DNA from: Pirellula staleyi DSM 6068
GTDB taxonomy: Bacteria > Planctomycetota > Planctomycetia > Pirellulales > Pirellulaceae
DNA length: 32,000 nucleotides
Reading direction: 5' to 3'
Assembly (NCBI GenBank): GCA_000025185.1
Contig: CP001848.1
Location: forward strand, 5,220,001 to 5,252,000
The first letter of the stretch is position 1; every line of letters starts with the position of its first letter. The translations under genes were made by a program, and so were the position numbers. The notes below the pieces were generated by a model, which saw only the letters and a list, made by a program, of their open reading frames with translations, was not told where the DNA came from and did no database searches. Positions 1-8,825 of the stretch are shown here, piece after piece.

Positions 1-185
1 GAACCATCGCGCTGCAAAGTGCCGTGGGTGGGATGGCCGCCAGCTTGATCGCGATGGGGCTCGCTTCGCTGGGGCTCCTCAGCCCGGTGGAAGGGGCGGT
101 GGTGCAAGAGCTGATCGACATCGTGGCGGTGCTCAATGCCCTGCGGGTGGCCTGGCCACCCAAGCAGCTGTCGGACTTTCAGTAG
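1..185 (+). CDS. 3' end of a heavy-metal (P1B-type) cation-translocating P-type ATPase; the 5' part lies outside the window
   Basis: Frame 3 translates to [60 protein letters not shown]. This is a final TM helix followed by the QExIDxxxxLNALR tail typical of P1B ATPases. Stop codon TAG at 183-185. Confidence 0.6.
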   Translation, partial: TIALQSAVGGMAASLIAMGLASLGLLSPVEGAVVQELIDIVAVLNALRVAWPPKQLSDFQ

Positions 186-607
186 CCTCGCCCCTCCTGT
201 CCAGACTTGCCCGAGATTCTTCTTACCCCTTGGTCGCAGGGGAAAATCGACACGCGTTTTGTTGCGCAAAAGCGCGCATTTGGCGCGCTCACGCGCGCCC
301 CTCCACTCCATGCCGGGGGATCGGCTTGCACGTGCTTACGGCTGTCAGGTACTCAAGCTCCTCAGAACGCTTGTTACAACCGCTACGACCGTATCCGTAC
401 TGCCTCTTAGGGGGCGAATGGTCGCACTGCCCGGGTTGGAATAAGGAGGTTTGATTTGCCGCTCGGTTGCATGCGACCTAGGTTTCACCTACAGGCGGCG
501 GGCAGTCGTGCCGCGTCTGGGAACCGACCCCGACTCGCTGGCGAGATCTCTCTCGTAAGTCGAGCCATGCCAAGCCGATTCTCCTGCCAGGACATACTGC
601 CGGGCCC

Positions 608-2947
608 ATGGAACCAACGCTACCAGACAGCAGACACGCCACCAGCGAGACCTCTCGGCAAAATACGCTCGAGCAGGCCGACGCTAATTTGGCGACCGTT
701 TCATCGTTGCTGTCGACCCTCACCAGCGAAGTCGATGTCGCGCAAGATTCAGCCGACCTCGCGTTCGAAAATCGTCTGGTACAAGTCCGTTTGGGTCTCG
801 CTAGTGGCCTTTTCGGAGCACTCCGAGCTCGTCACGCTCCCACCGCTGCTCACTGCCTGCGGGTAGCGCTCGGCTGTAGCGCCTGGTCGGCCTCGCTGTC
901 ACTCGCTGAAGAGCAGCGCGACTCGATTGAAGTCGGCGCACTGCTGCACGACGTCGGCAAAATTGGCATCCCCGATCACATCCTGCTGAAGCCGGGCAAA
1001 CTTTCGCCCGAAGAGTACCTGACGGTCGAACAGCATCGCCGCGTCGGCCTCGGAATTCTGTCGCACTGCTGTGCCTCGGGGGATGTGCTGGCGATTGTTC
1101 AGCACAGTGGCGCATGGTTCGATGGGAGCCGCGATGGATACAATCTGTCCGGTGACGACCTGCCGATGGGTGCGCGCATGGTGTCGATTGTCGATGCCTT
1201 CGATGCGATGACCACCGATCAAATCTATCGCCGCGCCATGTCGCGCGAACGGGCCCTCGCCGAACTCTTTGAGTTCGCAGGGACACAGTTCGATCCACAG
1301 TTGGTGCAAGACTTCTGCGCCTACATCTCGAGCGAGTCGGCGTCGCTACCAGGGGCCGTCGCGCGTCGCTGGCTCAAGCAACTTTCTCCCGAGAATTCCA
1401 ATGAATTTTGGCGATTAGAGTATCGCGCCCCTGCTGCTCCATCGACCAACACCTGCGATGCCGTGTTCCAGCACAAGTTGCTCGAGAGCATGCACGATGC
1501 GGTGATCTTCGTCGACAACAACTTGCAGATCGTGCACTGGAATCGCGCTGCCGAACGTCTCACTGGGATCGCCGCGTCGAGCATCGAACATAAGAAGTGG
1601 TCCCCCTCGCTCGTGAGTCTGCGGGACGAAAAGGAACGTCTGATCGACGATCCTGAGTGCCCAGTCATTCAAGCGATCAAGAACGGTGTGCAAACGGTCC
1701 GCCGCTTGAGCGTGACAGGTCGCAACGGACAACGCGTCGATATCGATGCCCACCTCGTTCCCGTACATGGCAAAAATGGTTTGATGCATGGGGCCGCCGT
1801 GCTGCTGCACGATGCCTCGAGTCGCATCACGCTCGAGCAGCGCGTGCAAACACTGCATGAGAAAGCCACGCGCGATCCTCTCACGCAGGTGGCCAACCGC
1901 GCCGAGTTCGACGAGATTCATGCCACCTATGTCCAGTCGCATCGCGACCGCCGTTTGCCGTTCAGCTTGATCATCTGCGATATCGACTATTTCAAGCGAA
2001 TTAACGACAATTTTGGCCATCAAGCAGGGGATGAAGTGCTGCAAAGTTTTGCGGCTTTGCTGCGACGGCACACGCGTCCCGGTGATCTGGTGGCACGCTA
2101 CGGCGGCGAAGAATTCGTGCTGCTGTGCATCGACTGCGACAACACCGCTGCGACACGTCGCGCGGAAGAACTACGTCGCGAGCTCGCCGAATTTCCGATG
2201 GCCGCACTCGGCAACAAAAGCATCACTGCTAGTTTTGGTGTTACCGAACTACAGAACGGCGATACCCCCGAAACGATGCTGCGACGCGCTGATCGCGCGC
2301 TCTATCAAGCGAAAGAGTCGGGCCGTAACACGGTGATTCAGCTCGGCAGCGGTATCGATGGCGAAGAACCAGCTCCACGTGCCACTGGCTGGCTTAGCTG
2401 GCTCCGCGGCACCACTCCCGATCAGCTCTTGTCGCGCACACTCGTGACGAGCGTTCCGCTCAACGTGGTGGTCGAAAAGATGCGTGGCTTCATGGCCGAC
2501 CATCATGCCGAAATCGTCTCGATTGCCGAGAGTCATTTGACGCTTCGTATCGATGGCGAGAACACACCATTTTTGCGACGTAACAGCGATCGACCGGTGC
2601 CGTTCTTCATTGAGATGAAGTTCTCCGAGGCGACCGTGCCAGCGGAAGGACGAGGCAATCCCACCAGCCGCACGATCGTGCATGTGACGATTCGTCCGCA
2701 TCGGAGTCGCGATCGACGTCGCCGCGATGCGATCGAACGAGCGGGGCAGTTGCTGCTGAGTCTCAAGTCGTATCTCGTGGCGCAAGAGGTGCGTGGGCCG
2801 AGTGACCTGACCGTCATTCCCAACACCAAAGTGGCCCCAACGACCGCCGAGACACCTTCGCCGACAACCACCGAGGTCGAGGTGGTGGCCAAGCTGGCCC
2901 AAGATGCCCCGAAAGCGAGAAGCTTTTTCTCGTGGGGCTCGAAGTAA
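608..2947 (+). CDS. Multidomain c-di-GMP signalling protein: HD-GYP-like domain, PAS, GGDEF diguanylate cyclase and an uncharacterised ~200-aa C-terminal region
   Basis: HD domain motifs are present (AAHCLRV, LLHDVGKIGIPDHILLKPGKLSPEEY, EQHRRVG). A PAS-like segment follows (LLESMHDAVIFVDNNLQIVHWNRAAERLTGI). The GGDEF domain has an RPGD I-site five residues before an intact GGEEF (2075-2116) and ends in LYQAKESGRN. Confidence 0.9.
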   Translation: MEPTLPDSRHATSETSRQNTLEQADANLATVSSLLSTLTSEVDVAQDSADLAFENRLVQVRLGLASGLFGALRARHAPTAAHCLRVALGCSAWSASLSLAEEQRDSIEVGALLHDVGKIGIPDHILLKPGKLSPEEYLTVEQHRRVGLGILSHCCASGDVLAIVQHSGAWFDGSRDGYNLSGDDLPMGARMVSIVDAFDAMTTDQIYRRAMSRERALAELFEFAGTQFDPQLVQDFCAYISSESASLPGAVARRWLKQLSPENSNEFWRLEYRAPAAPSTNTCDAVFQHKLLESMHDAVIFVDNNLQIVHWNRAAERLTGIAASSIEHKKWSPSLVSLRDEKERLIDDPECPVIQAIKNGVQTVRRLSVTGRNGQRVDIDAHLVPVHGKNGLMHGAAVLLHDASSRITLEQRVQTLHEKATRDPLTQVANRAEFDEIHATYVQSHRDRRLPFSLIICDIDYFKRINDNFGHQAGDEVLQSFAALLRRHTRPGDLVARYGGEEFVLLCIDCDNTAATRRAEELRRELAEFPMAALGNKSITASFGVTELQNGDTPETMLRRADRALYQAKESGRNTVIQLGSGIDGEEPAPRATGWLSWLRGTTPDQLLSRTLVTSVPLNVVVEKMRGFMADHHAEIVSIAESHLTLRIDGENTPFLRRNSDRPVPFFIEMKFSEATVPAEGRGNPTSRTIVHVTIRPHRSRDRRRRDAIERAGQLLLSLKSYLVAQEVRGPSDLTVIPNTKVAPTTAETPSPTTTEVEVVAKLAQDAPKARSFFSWGSK

Positions 2948-3036
2948 CAGCAAGAGCTGCTCGAGAGCCGTTTTCTTCGAGAAATACCTGCGGATTGCGC
3001 TACTTGCGCTCCGCGCTTCATGCCGCAGGCTCGCGG

Positions 3037-4326
3037 CTATGATCCTCGACCGAAGAGCAGCTGTTCGATGATGCGCCAGGTCATCAGCAGGCCGAGCATC
3101 AGCAGCAAGCAGACGCCGACGATGATCGGGATGAGCCAACCGAGCTCGAAAATTCCACGAGCCCAGTCTTCCCACATCAGCCCCCAGCGGACAACGACCC
3201 AAACGGCAGCCAGTGCCAGGTAGGGACCAAAGGCAATCTCGCGACGACCGGTGAAGATCCACTGCGTGAGTGACACGATCACCGCCGTGACGGGGGAAAA
3301 AAAGAAGACCAGCAGCGCGACTTGCCAGCCGAGGAATGCGCCAATCATCGCCATTAAGGTGACGTCGCCAAACCCCATCGCTTCTTTGCGCAGCGCGATC
3401 TGTCCGACGATGCGTACCGACCAAATCAGGCCACCACCAAACGCGAGGCCGACGACGCTGGTCAGCATCGCGCGCCACGCGGCATCTCCCATCAGCCAGC
3501 CGATGACCACAATCACTTCAGCCATCGCGCCGGCGATGATCATCGCGCGCGAGTAGCGCGCAAGCGAGGCGAGATAGAGCCGACAGCCGCGCGCAAGCCC
3601 TCCACTGAAACGCCAAATCGTCGGCACCAGGGCGATGCTCCAGCCGACAATCACGGCGCTGGCAATGGCCAACCCAGCAGCGCCGTCGACCCAACTGGGC
3701 CACTCGATGGTGGAGGTGAACGTGAGGTTTCCCCAGATCGGCAAGCCTTGAGGGCTAAGGATCAGGGCCGGCAAGTGCGACTGCGGCAGAAGGAGCGCCA
3801 GGAGTAGCGCAAGCAGTGTTCCGGGAACGGTAATCTCGTCGGGGATCGTTTTTTCGTCGAAGTCGATGAACGTGGCGACGGTTAGGAGCAACAGCAGCAC
3901 GATGTGCGCGAGATAGGTGGCGTGCAACTGCGCGGCGGAGGGTGCCCCAATCGCGCCGATCGGCGGAAGCCAGTTGCCAGCGATTTCGAAGTGATAGAGC
4001 AGAGGGAGGGCGATAGCGAGCGACAACTCGAGCAGAAGCGGCCGAATCCAAAACAGAGTGCCATGCAGCGGCGTTTCGCGGGCCAGCAAAATCCAGCCGA
4101 GCAGGGGAATGCGGTCGCGCCAGCTACGCGGCGCTATCTCGTTTTTCTTACTCTTTTTGGAAGTTGCGGCGTCGATGGCCGGCGCTGGTCCCCAGGGAGA
4201 AATCGCGCGCTGCCGAAAGGCGAGGCGATAGATGCTCCAGTTCACGAAGCTGCCAAGCCATGCACCCATGAGCGCGAGGAGCGCGAGGCGAACGGGCATC
4301 GGCAGCGCCTGAATCAAGGAGATCAC
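3037..4326 (-). CDS. pilD: Type IV prepilin peptidase (A24 aspartyl peptidase family), long 429-aa form
   Basis: The N-terminus has LGSFVNWSIYRL. The first catalytic-Asp region is FIDFDEKTIPDE and the second is the GFGDVTLMAMIGAFLGW (GxGDxKL-like) motif. The protein is polytopic. It lacks the four Cys of the zinc-binding/N-methyltransferase region. Confidence 0.85.
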   Translation of the reverse strand: MISLIQALPMPVRLALLALMGAWLGSFVNWSIYRLAFRQRAISPWGPAPAIDAATSKKSKKNEIAPRSWRDRIPLLGWILLARETPLHGTLFWIRPLLLELSLAIALPLLYHFEIAGNWLPPIGAIGAPSAAQLHATYLAHIVLLLLLTVATFIDFDEKTIPDEITVPGTLLALLLALLLPQSHLPALILSPQGLPIWGNLTFTSTIEWPSWVDGAAGLAIASAVIVGWSIALVPTIWRFSGGLARGCRLYLASLARYSRAMIIAGAMAEVIVVIGWLMGDAAWRAMLTSVVGLAFGGGLIWSVRIVGQIALRKEAMGFGDVTLMAMIGAFLGWQVALLVFFFSPVTAVIVSLTQWIFTGRREIAFGPYLALAAVWVVVRWGLMWEDWARGIFELGWLIPIIVGVCLLLMLGLLMTWRIIEQLLFGRGS

Positions 4327-4441
4327 CGGAGAATTCTCGCGCGGGGAAGGGAGGTCGTAGCAGACAGAAAAACTCGAGCCGAGAGCACTCTACTCGACTT
4401 CCGCACACTTTGCAGGGGCAGCGCCGAGTCTCCGGAAAACA

Positions 4442-4999
4442 TTAACAGGTGCTACGCCGCACAAGCGCCTCGCGCCGCAGTGAGCCCAGCCGACGATAGA
4501 TTTGCGTAGCAATGCGCGCGGGCGCTTTCGCATCGGCATCGACCGACCAGCGCGAGGCGATGCGGTAGAGGGGCTCGCGAATTTCGAGCAACCGATACAC
4601 CTCTTCCAGGCCACCACTGGCGGTGAGATTGGGGCGACGATCGCCGGTCGTGGGATCGGTCGAAATCCGCTGCCACAAGGTGGTGGCCCGCGCTTTCAGC
4701 CAAACCGCAGCGCCGCTGTGCCGAATCAGTCGGCGATTCTTTTCGCGGAGGATCACGCCGCCGCCGAGGGCGACGATTTGCGGAGGCAACGATCGCGCTG
4801 CAAGTTCCTCGAGCACGCTCGTTTCAAGATCACGAAACAGAGGCTCGCCACCTGCTTCAAAGATCTGTTTGATGGTCCGTTTCTCGCGCTCTTCGAGCAC
4901 GACATCGGCATCGATGGCAGGCCAGCCGAGCAGTTTTGAAAGATGCTGGGCTACCGTAGTTTTTCCGCTACCTCGGTAGCCAATTAAATAGAGATGCAT
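4442..4999 (-). CDS. aroK: Shikimate kinase
   Basis: MHLYLIGYRGSGKTTVAQHLSKLLGWPAIDAD carries a Walker A motif followed by the DxD shikimate-binding motif. GGGVILR is also present. Confidence 0.9.
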   Translation of the reverse strand: MHLYLIGYRGSGKTTVAQHLSKLLGWPAIDADVVLEEREKRTIKQIFEAGGEPLFRDLETSVLEELAARSLPPQIVALGGGVILREKNRRLIRHSGAAVWLKARATTLWQRISTDPTTGDRRPNLTASGGLEEVYRLLEIREPLYRIASRWSVDADAKAPARIATQIYRRLGSLRREALVRRSTC

Positions 5000-5051
5000 C
5001 GCCGACTCTTTCCAAAAGTCATCCCCGAGAAAATCGCGCCGGAAGAGTCGC

Positions 5052-6539
5052 TTAGAGTTTCGCAGCGCTGATGGCGCGGCGAATTGTTTGACGCATCAAA
5101 TCCATCGGTGGATCGTGAGCCGTGAAGAGCTTGAACTGCAGCGCCGCTTGTCCGACAAACATATCGATGCCGGTGATGGTCTTGGCACCCGCTTCGCGTG
5201 CCCGCTTGATGAACAGTGTTTGTTCGGGGTTATAGACCGTATCGAACGCCACCATGTCGGTGCTGAAATAGCCTTCGTCGATCGGCGATTCGTCGAGATT
5301 CGGGTGCATTCCCAAGGGAGTGCCGTTGACGACCAGATGGGCCTGGACCGAGTGTCGCAGTTTCCAGTCGATGGTGCGGGCCTTGAATTTTTTAGCCAAA
5401 GCCTCGGACTTTTCGAGCGTGCGTGAGGCGATCACCACATCGCAGCCACGGCGACGCAGGCCGCAGGCAATTGCTTTGGACACGCCCCCCGCGCCGAGCA
5501 AGAGGGCTGTTTTTCCAGCGAGTCCCGACTGTTTTTCGTCGCCACCAAACAGTCGATCGATGCTGGCCATCGAGGCGCGATAGTCGGTGTTGTAACCGAC
5601 CGGCTTCCCCTCTTTCCAAATCACCGTGTTGCAAGCGGCGATCTCGGTGGTGGCATCGTCGGTTTTCACGAGATGCTGAATCACTTCTTCCTTGTGCGGA
5701 ATGGTGACCGAGAGCCCTTTGATGCCGAGTTCGGGGCAATCCTGCAGGAACTTCGCCAGGTGCTCGCGCGGGACGCGCAGCGGCAGATAGACCCGGTTCA
5801 TCGACAAGGCGCGAAAAGCGGCATTGTGCAGCAGCGGGCTCATGCTATGCCCCACCGGATCGGCGACCACGCCAAAGACTTCCGTATCGGCGTTGATGTC
5901 GTCGTAGTGGTAGACCGCGCGCATCTGTTCGTAGGACAGCTGTCCCGGCGCGAGTTCCCGATCGCTGCTGAACGCGGCGTACGTGAGTGGCGAGCCAAAC
6001 TTCCCCCCCAAGATGCGCGAAGGTGTGCCGATTTCCCCCATCGCAATCGCGACGGTCGGGATCTTGGCCCCTTTCATCAGCTGCACCAGCCGCGTGGTAT
6101 CGCTCGGCGTGTGCGCCATGGTGGCGATTTTCACGATATCGGCGTCGAGCTTGCTCATGCGCTCGTGGAGCGCTGCCAGGTTTTCAGGGGTTTCCTGGAA
6201 GTTGTGGTAGCTGACAATCCGTTTGGTTTTGCCAAAACGGGGAATGCTGCCGGCAATATCTTCTTCGAGATCGACGTATTCGACACCCGATGCAATCGCT
6301 TGACGGAGCAGCACTTGGCGCTGATCTTCGCTGCGGCTCCAGCGTCCCCCATCACGCTGCCGGCGAACCGTGATCACCACAGGAGTGGGACGCTCGGGCA
6401 ACAGACGGCGGAGATTCACATCGCTCATGATGTAGTCGAGACGCAGCTCGACCAACTGGGCGCCGACTTCGCCCAAATGCTTGTGCTCGGCAATCATGTG
6501 CTTGTGCCGGCCACGTCCCACGATCACGCAAATCGTCAT
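5052..6539 (-). CDS. aroDE: Bifunctional 3-dehydroquinate dehydratase (type I) / shikimate 5-dehydrogenase fusion
   Basis: The N-terminal half resembles AroD (ICVIVGR...VELRLDY...DIVKIATMA). The C-terminal half resembles AroE (FGVVADPVGHSMSPLLHNAAF, SVTIPHKEE, NTDY, LLLGAGGVSKAI Rossmann loop). Confidence 0.9.
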   Translation of the reverse strand: MTICVIVGRGRHKHMIAEHKHLGEVGAQLVELRLDYIMSDVNLRRLLPERPTPVVITVRRQRDGGRWSRSEDQRQVLLRQAIASGVEYVDLEEDIAGSIPRFGKTKRIVSYHNFQETPENLAALHERMSKLDADIVKIATMAHTPSDTTRLVQLMKGAKIPTVAIAMGEIGTPSRILGGKFGSPLTYAAFSSDRELAPGQLSYEQMRAVYHYDDINADTEVFGVVADPVGHSMSPLLHNAAFRALSMNRVYLPLRVPREHLAKFLQDCPELGIKGLSVTIPHKEEVIQHLVKTDDATTEIAACNTVIWKEGKPVGYNTDYRASMASIDRLFGGDEKQSGLAGKTALLLGAGGVSKAIACGLRRRGCDVVIASRTLEKSEALAKKFKARTIDWKLRHSVQAHLVVNGTPLGMHPNLDESPIDEGYFSTDMVAFDTVYNPEQTLFIKRAREAGAKTITGIDMFVGQAALQFKLFTAHDPPMDLMRQTIRRAISAAKL

Positions 6540-6726
6540 GTCAGGCTATCGCTCGTTGTCAATGTCGGCTGCGACGCACCCAGCAAGCGAGGCTGTGGCA
6601 GCGAGAGGTTTTTGATGAGTCAAAAATCGGTAGCTTCAACCAATCTACCAAATTGACATGCCGGGGGGACTGGTTCAAGCGCCGACGGGGGCTGGTTGAC
6701 GGCAAACTCCGCAATTCCGACCGAAA

Positions 6727-8764
6727 TTAGGTCCGTTTGAACCGTTTATCGAGCTCTTCTCGCGAAAAGACGAGCGCCGTCGGCCGACCATGCGGGCAAT
6801 GGTGCGTATTTTCGTAATGATTCCGCTGCAAGAGCAGGGCGGTGATCTCTTCGGGCGAAAGTCGATCTCCTGCTTTGATGGCCGCTTTGCAGGCGATCAT
6901 GTTTAGGAGATCGTCGAGCACATTCCGCCGATCGACCCCTTTATTACCCGCCACCAGTTGATCGACGACCTGCCGCAGCAGCGGCCCGACGGCGACTCCA
7001 CTGAGCATGGCGGGATAGCTGGAAACGAGGACCGTATCGCCACCAAAAGGTTCGACGTCGATGGCGAGGGTCGACAAGGTTTCGCGAGCTTCGAGCACGG
7101 CGACTGCTTCGCTGGGGGTAAGGGTCACTGGCTCGGGAACGAGCAACCGCTGACACTCGAGTTTGCCCGACATCACCTTGGTTTTCAGCTGCTCGTAGAG
7201 AATCCGTTCATGCAGCGCATGCTGGTCGATCACCACCATTCCCTCGTCGTTTTCAGTTACCAGATAGCGCTGATGGACCTGAAAACCGATGCTCGACATC
7301 ACCGGCACGCCGGGGGCCAGTCGCGGACGAACGGCGGGCAATTCGCGAGGCTCCGGCGAAACAGCCGTGGACTCGTCGAGCGCAGGATCGAGGAGCAAAT
7401 CGGCCGACGACGGCGCTGCGAGTGGAGCAGGGGGGGCGGTGTGCGCGACATGAAAACTCCCCGGATACAGAGGGGATTCGACAGGAGCCGCATCGACCGA
7501 CGCTCGACTGGCATAACTGGCGGCATACTGCGCGGGGTAGTTCACCGGCGGCGCAATGGTGGTGAGCGAGAGGGCTCGATCGGGGTTTTGTTCGTAGAGC
7601 GCGGCAAGCGAGCCTTGCGAAAGATCGGCTGCTGCTAAGCGCGCCGCTGGTAGGTTGCCCCAAAGCGCCCTTGGCCCAGTCGACCAGTTCGCGCCGATGC
7701 GCTGCCAGCGCCGACTCGTCCATGCTGCTGGTCGCCGTTTCCGTGGCACCTTGAGGACGATGCAGCCGCGCGGTGAGATCGGTCGCCAGGAACTTTTTTC
7801 GCAGCGTGCCGAGAATCATCGAGTAGAGCCGACCACCATCCTGAAAACGAACTTCCAGTTTGCTCGGGTGGACATTCACGTCGACCGTATCGGCGGGCAT
7901 CTCGATCCGCAAAAAGCAGATCGGGAATCGGCCGGTCAGCAGCAGACCACGATACGCTTCGCTCAAAGCGTGCTGCAAACTCCGATCGCGAATATGGCGA
8001 CCATTCAGGAACAAATACTGCAATTTGTTGCTCGAACGGTTCTGCTGAGGATCGCAGGTATAGCCATAAAGTTTGGTGCTATCGTCCGCCGCCTCAATCG
8101 GAATGAGGGCAAGCTCGATCTCTTTGCCAATCAACAGACCAATCCGACGCCGCCAATCACCGGCAGGAAGATCAAACAGCAAACGCTCGTTATGACGGAG
8201 CGTGAAATGGATATGCTCCGACGCCAGCGCGATGCGTGTGAACGCTTCGGTGCAGTGTCCAATTTCAGTTTGCGCTTGCCGCAAAAACTTCCGCCGCACC
8301 GGCGTATTGAAAAACAGATTTCGGACTTCGAGCGTGGTGCCAATCGGCGCCGCGCACGGCATGATCGGCTGGGCGACACCACCATGCACCACCAGTTCGG
8401 CCCCTTCGGTGGAATCGGCCGTGCGACTACGAATGGTCAGCTGACTGATCTCGGCAATCGACGCTAAAGCTTCCCCTCGAAAACCGAGCGTGGCGACGCG
8501 AAACAGATCGTCGGCATCGACAATTTTGCTCGTCGCATGGCTCGCCACCGCCAGCATCAATTGCTCTGGCTCGATGCCACAGCCGTTGTCGGTGATGCGC
8601 ACCAGATCGCAGCCACCCGATTCGAGGTGCACATCAATCCGGGTAGCACCAGCATCGACGGCGTTTTCAAGGAGTTCCTTCACAACGCTCGCCGGACGCT
8701 CGATCACTTCGCCGGCGGCGATCTTGTTGATCACGCTGGTCGATAGTTGGCGAATGGTGGGCAT
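6727..8764 (-). pseudogene. mutL: DNA mismatch repair protein MutL (endonuclease-type), reading frame interrupted by an apparent 1-nt frameshift in the linker near 7658-7661
   Basis: The N-terminal GHKL ATPase region (MPTIRQLSTSVINKIAAGEVIERPASVVKELLENAVDAGA, start ATG at 8764) lies in ORF 7253..8944. The C-terminal endonuclease domain (DQHALHERILYE, ACKAAIKAGD, HCPHGRPT) lies in ORF 6727..7749, one frame away. Each frame turns into Arg/Cys/Trp-rich off-frame sequence beyond the junction. Confidence 0.7.
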
Positions 8765-8825
8765 GAGAATCGAATCCTTTCCGAAGCGTAAATCCGTCGT
8801 GAGGAGAGACCGGCCAGACGTGCTG

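Noticed and set aside
236-300. GC-rich self-complementary runs (gcgcgc-atttg-gcgcgc and cccct-tggtcgc-agggg) downstream of the ATPase gene were considered as a terminator or riboswitch element.
   Set aside because: The stems are short and no U-tract follows. I cannot match the region to any riboswitch consensus by eye. Such GC palindromes are common in this composition.
442-866. A strong Shine-Dalgarno-like taaggaggt (442-450) is followed by a TTG-initiated 136-aa ORF (456..866) upstream of, and overlapping, the HD-GYP/GGDEF gene.
   Set aside because: The translation (MPLGCMRPRFHLQAAGSRAASGNRPRL...) looks like off-frame high-GC sequence. It overlaps the real gene start at 608 in another frame. 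The SD match alone is not enough. A short leader peptide cannot be excluded without conservation or ribosome-profiling data.
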